Positions 48,050-56,674 of a stretch of DNA of 56,674 bases are shown here, piece by piece. Within the stretch, counting starts at the first letter, position 1. The number at the start of each line of letters is the position of its first letter. The notes under the pieces were generated by a model, which saw only the letters and a list, made by a program, of their open reading frames with translations, had not been told where the DNA came from and did no database searches. This stretch comes from Chiloscyllium plagiosum (lineage: Eukaryota): NCBI RefSeq assembly GCF_004010195.1, contig NC_057719.1, positions 56,183,297 to 56,239,970 of the forward strand, in the 5' to 3' direction. Both the position numbers and the translations under genes were made by a program.

Positions 48050-49520
48050 GTAATTATTTTCATGTAAATAGCACAATTTGAAATCAACTGCCTCCACGCA
48101 TTGGGGATTAGTGTCAAAAAAAAACCTTTGTGTTATGCTAAAGAAATTATTTTATAACTGGAATTGATGAAAATAATGAAAATGTAGTTATTTTGTGCAC
48201 TGCTCTTGGTTTCATTTGAACCCTTTCTGTTAGAAGTGTTATGCAGTCATATCAACTTGTTGCAGGTTTGCTAGTTTATTTATGTCTATTAATAGTTTTG
48301 ACAGTGTTCGTGTTCTATTTGTCAAGCATAGGAATATATTACTATGCAAATTTATGTGTATTTTGCTGTTCAGGACAGAATATTGACCTGAAGATCATCA
48401 AAACAAAATCCAGATTAAATTTATCACTATCCTTAGAAATAATTCATTTAAGTGAGGTGCCTTGAAAAATGTGATCATTTGCTCTGTAACTGTAACTTTT
48501 TATCTCTACCGTATGTCACCATAATAGCCAGTGGTATTTAAATATGAAATAACAATTAGCTGATGCAGTTGGTTGCAAATGGGTCTTAGGATAGTAAAGT
48601 AGACTGGAGTATTGGAAGGCATGCTACTGAAGCTTTGGTGAATTAATGAACATCTGGCATCAGTAACATTTGAGCCTTTCAGCAAATATAAATTACTAGT
48701 GCCAGCTGCTGATGTATTTGTTTCATGGCTGCAAGAGAAAAATGCATATCAAAAGTCGAAGAGTAACACTTGGATGCTCTTCATATGTGGTGCATGTCCA
48801 GCATACCCTGCCAATATAGTAGTAGGTCTATTGTGAAATGACCCTCATCCAAATTTGGCACTCACAAGACACAGTACTCATTCATCAAAACAAGTGCAGA
48901 TGCTTTCACATTCAGCGTGTGGGTCTGGAACATTTGTTATGACTGATGTTAAGTATGAGTACTGAAAGGAGTCAGGAAAATGTGACTTGCAAAGGAAACA
49001 ACAGAAAGCTGTGTGTGCCATAGTAAAAGGCAGCAATTTAAGCTGCAAAATACCTACTTGCGGCAATAGTTTGTAAAACATGAATGTAAATTATATATTT
49101 GAGTATAATAGAAATTACTTAAGAAACTCAGTTGTACAAATCTCTTTCCTCACAGGTCATTTTTTTTCAACAAGGGTGGAGAGTAGGTAGGGATATGTAT
49201 GAGGAATTAAATCCCCTAAACATACATCAGTTTGGGTTGGGAAACCAATGTACAGCTGTTGGTTAAGTAATATAAATATGCGAAAAAGTAACTGCAGCTT
49301 TAACCAAACACATTAGTTTGACAGCCAACATATCTATTTCCCCAGCTGTCAGTAACCCTCCAAGGCCAGTCAGGTGAGACTAGGAAGCATTTGGTCAGTG
49401 AAATGAAAAAGCTCAAGCCATGGCCAGGTGTTAGCCTACTCATAACAGTCCTTTCTCAGAGAGTGCTTTCATTGCTGGACAAATAATTCACAACTTCTTG
49501 AAAGTCATTTTAACTTAATG

Positions 49521-50448
49521 ACAGTGCAATTTATCGGCGAACATCCCCACTTCTGACCTTGTGATGGAGGGACTGTGTTCAGCACCATTTGCAACTCCTC
49601 AGATACCAAAGCAGTCCATGTTTAAATGGACAAGTGAAAGACCTGGACAATATCCAGACTTGGGTTGACAAGTGGCAAGTAGCATTTGCGTCACACAAAT
49701 GCCAGGCAATGACCATCTGCAATAAGAGACAATTTAATCACTGCCCTTGACGACATTGTGGTGTTACCATCACTGAATCTCCCAGTATCAACATTGTTGG
49801 GCTTACCATTGACCAAAACTCAACTGGACTCATATACACACTGGCTACAAGAGCAGGTCAGAGGCTAGGAATATTGTAGTGAGTCATGTCCTGATTCCCC
49901 AAAGCCTGTCCACCATCTAGAAGCCACGAGTCAGGAGTGTGATGGAATACTCCCCACTTGCCTGGATAAGTGCAGCTCCAACAACACCCAAGGAACCTGA
50001 CACCATCCAGGACACAGCAGCCTGCTTGATTTATACCACATCCACAAACTCCCACCACCACCAATACTCAATGGCAGCAGTACATACTATCCACAAGATA
50101 CACTACAAAGGTTCACCAAAGATCCTTGGACAGCACCTTCCAAATCCATGACCACTTCCATCTAGAAGGACAAGGGCAGCAGAAATATAGTATCACCACC
50201 TCCTGCAAGTTGCCTCCAAGCCACTCACCATCCTGACTTGAAAAAACATCGGTGCTCCTTTACTGTCACTGGGTCAAAATCCTGGTATTCCCTCCCTCAC
50301 AGTATTGTAAGTCAGCCTACAGCATGTGGATTGCAACAGTTCAAGAAGCCAACTCACCATCACCTTCTCAAGGGCAACTAAGGACAGGCAATAAATACTG
50401 ACCAGTCAATGATGCCCATGTCCCACGAGTTAATTTAGGAAAAAAAAA
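49521..50448 (+). mobile_element. LINE family B 3' portion with a short inverted 5' segment (49521-49572)
   Basis: MMEYSPLAWISAAPTT...DTIQDTAACLI frame and the tail ccttctcaagggcaactaaggacaggcaataaatactg plus an A-run. The reverse complement of 49521-49572 matches 14886-14925. Confidence 0.88.
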
Positions 50449-51839
50449 CCTGTCTTGCACTTCACTTCCTTTCAGCTGCATTTTCCTGCTATTAGGCTTT
50501 ACCACAGCATGGCTCTACCTTGCAGTCTGGTAAAAATCAAAAGAAACCCCACCAACACCATCTGCATTCTCAGCAACATGCTGTACAGAGAGGATGGCTG
50601 CACGGATCTATACCAAGAAAGCAAGGACTAGAACACAGTATACAGGCAGAGAATTAATCCTTTGACATATGTAATCACCAGAGTCTCAAGTGATTGAGGC
50701 ATTCACAGTAGGCTGCTGCTGACACTTAGACTTTTGGAACAAAATCTTGTTCCACATGGAGCAGATGGGCACATATTGCCAGCAGCTGTCAAGGTGCCTA
50801 TCACCAGAAGGCCACAATCAATTGCACCATGCCATCCCTTGTAAGTCTGTACATATTCCTAAAGTAGAATTGAGTATTAGTTTGTGTCTAGGAGGAATAG
50901 ATATTTTGTGGAAAGTTCCTGTGAGGCATCAGTGTAAGAGGCAAATAGAATGTATGTAAATGAAACACGAATGAGTAGAGCTGCACCTTGGAGGGCATCT
51001 CCTTTCTCTTGCTGAGCACTCTTCAGGACAATGTTGGCAAAGTCAAGAATGTAGGTTTGGCACCTAAAGTTGTTAAACAATCCTCTTTCCTAAGATTCTG
51101 GAACTAATTGGTGCACTGTCTGCAAATGTGTCTGTAACTGCAGTGACCATATTTCCCCTCCTGAATAATTTGGTTTCTGTTATGCACACCTCCTCATCTG
51201 GAGAAGCTGTTCACTTCCTCCCATTTGCAGGCAAGATCACCTTGCTGTAAAGCTTTGAAGCTCACAGCAGAAACCCCAAGTTAAAAAAAAAACCTTCTCC
51301 TATCCCATTTTCTGTTGCTGCAGCTTCAAAAACCAACTTATAGTTAAGCTATTCTGACCCGCCTTGGCACCTTATTAAGTAAATATCTTTCCTTTGACAG
51401 ATCCAGTTTGTCAGCCTGCCTGTCCTATCCTCTGATTAGCTGGAGGGCCCAGAGAGGGACATGCTGATGTTATGGCTAGGTTGAAGAGATACAGCTAAGC
51501 CTGCTACAGAATGTAATGCATTCCCAAACCCAGTGCAGGTTCCTCACTGTCTAGTCAGCAACCATCATTTTAAAAATATAGTCCCAATGTGATTTTGTGT
51601 AGCTTCTTTAGTTCATCTGCTGGGGCCTAACTGGGAATCTCTGAAATCCTTATGTTGTGATTGTCAACTTTATAAGTAACATGTATGGTAAGATGTAATT
51701 GGTGTGAGCATCTGTCATGCTTTTGTTCTGCATGCTCGTACAGTACTTTTGGAGTGTGCCATTGGTATTATTTAGATTTTTTGTTTTTTCAGTTAATGTG
51801 ATAAGTTTAAATTAGTACAAGTGGTTGATTATTTTACAG

Positions 51840-51884
51840 GTGGGATTTCCTCCCTTGTTGAGCATTGTCAGCAGAATGAGTCAG
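51840..51884 (+). CDS. GEMIN2: Gemin2 coding exon 6 (gene continues beyond the window)
   Basis: ttttacag|...|gtatgt; VGFPPLLSIVSRMSQ; 45 nt. Confidence 0.95.
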
Positions 51885-52949
51885 GTATGTGTAGATTTGA
51901 CATTTTGGCTTTTTAGCAGTGTTCAAATGCCGACCTTATAAGAAATTTCAGTATAAAGACTTAAGGTTTCAACTACAATCTCAAGTAATACAATCTTAAA
52001 ATGTGAAGTATTTCTGAGATACAAGTATATTCTAACCTAAAAGGTTTCTAAACCAAGCAATAAATGAACTCTAACCTCTGAATTTGTACATATTAAAATA
52101 TCTTGTGATCTTGCAACAATAGTACTACAGCTTAAGGTATTGCATGTTTTAAATAAAACCTAATTCTTTACAAGAGTAATTTATATAAAGAACATTGTGG
52201 GAAACTCACAAGCAAAATGATCAGAACACACAGGTTGCACAACAGATGTCCAGCTTTATTATGGGTGCAAAATAATTTTAAAATGTAGAATGCTTCCAAG
52301 CTAATTTGACAAACTTCAGTTAATTAAATTCAACCTTGCTCTCAAATGACCTGACTTGAAAGGACACAATGATACCTTACCAAAGTAATATTTGCTGCCT
52401 TACAAAATTTAATAAACATGTGAGTGTTTTATTATAAATCATCCAGACCCAGGCTTGCTGTGTTCAGATTTGCCCCTTGTATTTGACTATAAGATCACAC
52501 GTGAGGATATCACAGGGAAGTGGGAGAAATTGAGATTGGGATGGTATCAGCTGGTTGTTGCGAGTTTATGGAGGAAAGTCAGGAAGCATTTCTCCCTCAA
52601 GCCATGTTGGAAAAGCACTTGATCTCTTGGATCCAGCAGAGTTCCTGGAAACCCTTGCTGAAGGTGTTGCATCCAGCTAGCTGAGGAATGATGTCTCATT
52701 TATTATGATTCCTAACCCAATATCAGCCAACAATCAGAAATTGATGCATTTGTAGCTGGTTACAGTCCCTTTTGAACAAATGAATTACTCTCCTGCTTTT
52801 TCTGAGATGTGCATTAAAATTATCCTGAAGGAATAATGATGTATAACCTCAAGGGAAAGATATTGAAAAGCAAAGGTAAACAGACACACCTGGAGATTTA
52901 ATTACATCAACTTCTGAAAGTTTACCTGGAGGCAGAGTATCTTTTTCAG

Positions 52950-53400
52950 TTTTTTTTAAGATAATGAGTACAAGAATGAAGAAGTAATGCTGAATTTTTA
53001 TTTGTTATTAGTAAACTTGTTTTTGTATTCATGTGTATCTAAATTGAATAGAATATTAAAGCCATAGAAAGCTTAGTGCAGATGCATCATAATGATGGCG
53101 AGGAACTAAAAGAAAAGTTGTTTCAAAGAGAAACTTAAGATACTGGATGTTTTTAACTAGAGCAGAAAGTATTAAGAGGGTATTTTAATTGCAGTTTTAA
53201 AACTATCAAGGATTTTGATTGGGTGGTTACTGCAAAACTGTTTGCTCTATTTGAGGGTGAAGAACAAAAGGTTATCAATTTTGAAAATTGACTGGCAGGT
53301 TGAGAATTTCTTCACACAGTGAAATTAAAGAACTTTAGCTTGTTTCCATTAGTGTGTGGCTGATTGGGGCAGGCATTATTGCTTTTCAAGAAGTCTGATG
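52950..53400 (+). mobile_element. Very old CR1 3' fragment
   Basis: gagtacaagaatgaagaagtaatgctgaat...ctagagcagaaagtattaagaggg...tttcttcacacag. Confidence 0.5.
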
Positions 53401-53529
53401 TCACCTATAGACATAGTACTTCCAAATTACTGTTGGATAGGGAGATCCAAAATTTCAGCCCATCATCAATGAACAAATGATGATATTTATAGTTACTCAA
53501 ATTAGCTAGATTTGAGACACACTGAACTG

Positions 53530-54060
53530 TTTCCAAATCATGGTGTATGACAGAGGAAACCTTGCATGTGGTAGTGTTCCCATGCCGCTACCACTCTTGT
53601 TCTTGCTGATAGAAGTTGAATTGGGAGCTTCTGTAGAAAAAACATTTGGCAAGTTGAAAGTGCACCATGTAAATGGAACATTGGAGTTATGTTGTATTAG
53701 AGGTGCATAGAGTGCTGATTGTGTAAACTATTTGTCCTTAATGCTGTCAAAATTCTTGTGTAGTTGAAGTTGCACTCACAAATAGTAGAAATTAAAGTTT
53801 CACTCCTGACTTGTGCATTGTAGATGTTTTTCATACTTAGAGATTTAGTTGAGTCACCTGTTTCAGAATTCCCTATTACTGTAATGATCATTTTGTGGCT
53901 GGTCTTGTTAGGTTTCTGGTGATAACCCCAAGATACTCCTTGTGGGATGTTTGATTATGTTGTCTTGAAGTGAATGGAGAGGTGTTGACATTGTCTCTTC
54001 TTGGAGTTGATTATTCTCTAGCCCTATTGACGCATGAATGTTTCTTGCCACTCAGCAGCA
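53530..54060 (-). mobile_element. Old LINE family B fragment
   Basis: Similar to 3460-4010 (...gaagttgcactc...cactcctgacttgtgcattgtagatg). Confidence 0.55.
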
Positions 54061-54070
54061 AACATGATAC

Positions 54071-56388
54071 AGAGTCATAGAGATGTAGAACATGGAAACA
54101 GACACTTCACTCAACTGTCAATGCCAACCAAATATCCCAACCAAAATCTAGTCCCACCTGCCAGCACCTGGCCCCATTCTGCCAAACCCTTGCTATTCAT
54201 ATACCCATCTAGATGCCTTTTAAATGTTGCAATTGTACTAGCCTCCACCACTTCCTCTAGCAGCTCATTCCATACATATACCATCCACTGCGTGAAAAAG
54301 TTGCCCCTTAAGTCTCTTTTATATCTTTCCCCTTTTACCCTAAACCTATGCCTTCTAGTTATAGACTCACCCACCCCTTTGTCTATTTGTCTATCCATGC
54401 CCCTCGTGATTTTATAAAAATCTCTAAGGTCACCCCTCAGCCTCCGATGCTCCAGGGAAAATAGGCCCAGCCTATTCAACCTCTCCCGAGAGCTCAAATC
54501 CTCCAACCCTGACAACATTCTTGTAGATCTTTTCTGAACCCTTTCAAGTTTCACAGCATCCTTCTGATAGGAAGGAGACCAGAATTGCGCACAATATTCC
54601 AAAAGTGGCCTAACCAATGTCCTGTACAGCCGCAACATGACCTCCAACTCCTGTACTCCATACTCTGACCAATAAAGGAAAGCATACCAAACGCCGCCTT
54701 CACGATCCTATCAAACTGTGACTCCACATTCAAGGAGCTTTGAACCTGCACTCCAAGATCTCTTTGTTCAGCAACACTCTCTAGGACCATACCATTAAGT
54801 GTATAAGTCCTGCTAAGATTTGTTTTCCCAAAATGCAGCACCTTGCATTTATCTAAATTAAGCTCGATCTGCCTATTGGCCCATCTGATCAAGATCCTGT
54901 TGTAATGAGGTAACCTTCTTTGCTGTCCACTACACCTCCAATTTTGGTGTCATTTGCAAACTTACTAACTATACCTCTTATGCTCGCACCCAAATCAATT
55001 ATGTAAATGATAAAAAGTAGAGGACCCAGCACCGATCCTTGTGGCACTCCACTGGTCACAGGCCTCCAGTCTGAGAAACAACCCTCCACCACCACCACCC
55101 TCTGTCTTCTACCTTTGAGCCAGTTCTGTATCCAATGGCTAGTTCTCCCTGTATTCCATGAGATCTAACCTTGCTAATCACTCTCCCATGGGGAACCTTG
55201 TCGAACACCTTACTGAAGTCCATATAGATTATGTCCACCACTCTGCCCTCATCAATCCTCTTTGTTACTTCTTGAAAAACTCAAGAGACATGATTTCCCA
55301 TGCACAATGGAATACTGATTATGCCTAATCAGTCCTTGCCTTTCCAAACACATGTACATGCTGTCCCTCAGGATTCCCTCCAACAACCTGCCCACCACCA
55401 ACTTCAGGCTCACTGGTCTATAGTTCCCTGGCTTGTCTGTACCATCTTTCTTAAATAGTGGCACCACGTTAGCCAAACTCCAGTCTTCTGGCATCTCACC
55501 TACGACTATCGATGATACAAATATCTCATCACTTCCCTAGCTTCCCACAGAGTTCTAGGTAACACCTGATCAGGTCCTTGGGGATTTATCTACTTTTATG
55601 CATTTCAAGACATCCAGCACTTCCTCTTCTGTAATATGGACATTTTTTTTCAAGATGTCACGATCTATTTCTACACATTCTATATCTTCCATGTCCTTTT
55701 CCAAAGTAAACACTGTTGCAAAATACTGGTTTAGTATCTCCCCCATCTCCTGCAGCTCCACGCAAAGGCTGTCTTGCTGATTTTTGAGGGGCCCTATTCT
55801 CTCCCTAGTTACACTTTTGTCCTTATTGTATTTGTAAAAATCCCTTGGGATTCTCCTTAACCCTGTTTGGCAAAGTAGCTAATTTTTGCCCTCCTGAATT
55901 CCCTCTTAAGTATACTCCTACTGCCTTTGTACTCTAAGGATTCATTCAATTTATACCTGACATATGCTTCTTTCTTTGTCTTAACCAAACCCTGAATTTC
56001 TTTAGTCATCCAGCATTCCCTACACCTATCAGCCTTTCCTTTCACCGTAACAGGAATAAACTGTCTCTGGACTTTCTATCTCCTTTCCAAAGTCTTCCCA
56101 TTTTCCAATCGTCCCTTTACCTGCAAACATCTGCCCCCAATCAACTTTTGAAAGTTCTTACCAAATACCGTCAAAATTGGCCTTCCTCCAATTTAGAACT
56201 TCAACTTTTAGATCTGGTCTATCCTTTTCCATCACTATTTTAAATCTAATAGAATTATGGTCGCTGGCCACAAAGTGCTCCCCCACTGACACCTCAGTCA
56301 CCTGCCCTGCCTTATTTCCCAACAGTAGGTCAAGTTTTGCACCTTCTCAGTAGGTACATCCACATACTGAATCAGAAAATTTTCTTGT
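54071..56388 (-). mobile_element. CR1 family A (endonuclease end, RT, 3' tail), interrupted at 56388
   Basis: Tail agagtcatagag at 54071. ORFs [32 protein letters not shown] and DFSKVFDKVPH, with frameshifts. Confidence 0.93.
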
Positions 56389-56674
56389 GGGGGATCCAAG
56401 ATGGCGGCGACCCAGCAAGTCTGAGTCTATAGTGCTCCTCCTAAGACTTGGGTAAAGTGGGTCACCCACCCCCCACCACACTCACCAAATCATTTATAAT
56501 AGCTGTTTAATTTAATTAGTTGTTTAATATTAAATTTAAACAATCTAATATTTAGTAAAAATGACCAAAGGGAAGGGACCCCGCAGCTCTCAGCAAGCAG
56601 GACCTCCCCCCCCACTCTCTCCAGCTGCAGCTGAGGTGTCCACAGCCGCCACGGGGGACTTACCTACAGTGACA
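56389..56674 (+). mobile_element. Probable L1/Tx1-clade LINE 5' end (5' UTR plus ORF1 start), truncated by the window edge
   Basis: Abrupt junction with the CR1. Begins GGGGGATCCAAGATGGCGGCG (G-run plus YY1-type motif). The ATG at 56561 is open to the end of the window: MTKGKGPRSSQQAGPPPPLSPAAAEVSTAATGDLPTVT. Confidence 0.65.

Noticed and set aside
51885..56674. Further GEMIN2 exons (expected next peptide like ATVTSVLEYL..WF)
   Set aside because: No matching exon was found. The region is intronic and repeat-filled, so the gene continues past the window.

Overview
Eukaryotic (vertebrate) genomic DNA, about 40% GC and CpG-depleted, with three assembly gaps (16833-17112, 26931-27145, 45090-45478). 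The repeat complement (HE1-type V-SINEs sharing a tail with an abundant CR1 LINE, Penelope-like elements, Rex1/Babar) suggests a cartilaginous fish, probably a shark (inference). The only host gene I can support is GEMIN2 (SMN-complex subunit) on the + strand. It has a CpG-rich promoter (~32.46-33.0 kb), a probable upstream first exon ending at 33014, and six coding exons (35458-51884, 173 codons, all GT-AG); the rest of the gene lies beyond the window. Most of the remaining recognisable sequence is retroelement debris. The most interesting signals are: (1) minimal hammerhead-ribozyme motifs in Penelope-type terminal repeats, with covariation across three families; (2) short fold-back elements made only of these repeats, with 9-15 bp target-site duplications and a fold-back point inside the ribozyme; (3) two independent 5'-inverted (twin-priming-like) CR1-group LINE insertions; (4) a LINE family that appears to carry a SINE-like 5' head and no ORF1, with an internally deleted SINE derivative; and (5) the intact 5' end of an L1-like element at the right edge. 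Repeat boundaries were read by eye and are approximate unless a TSD is given.
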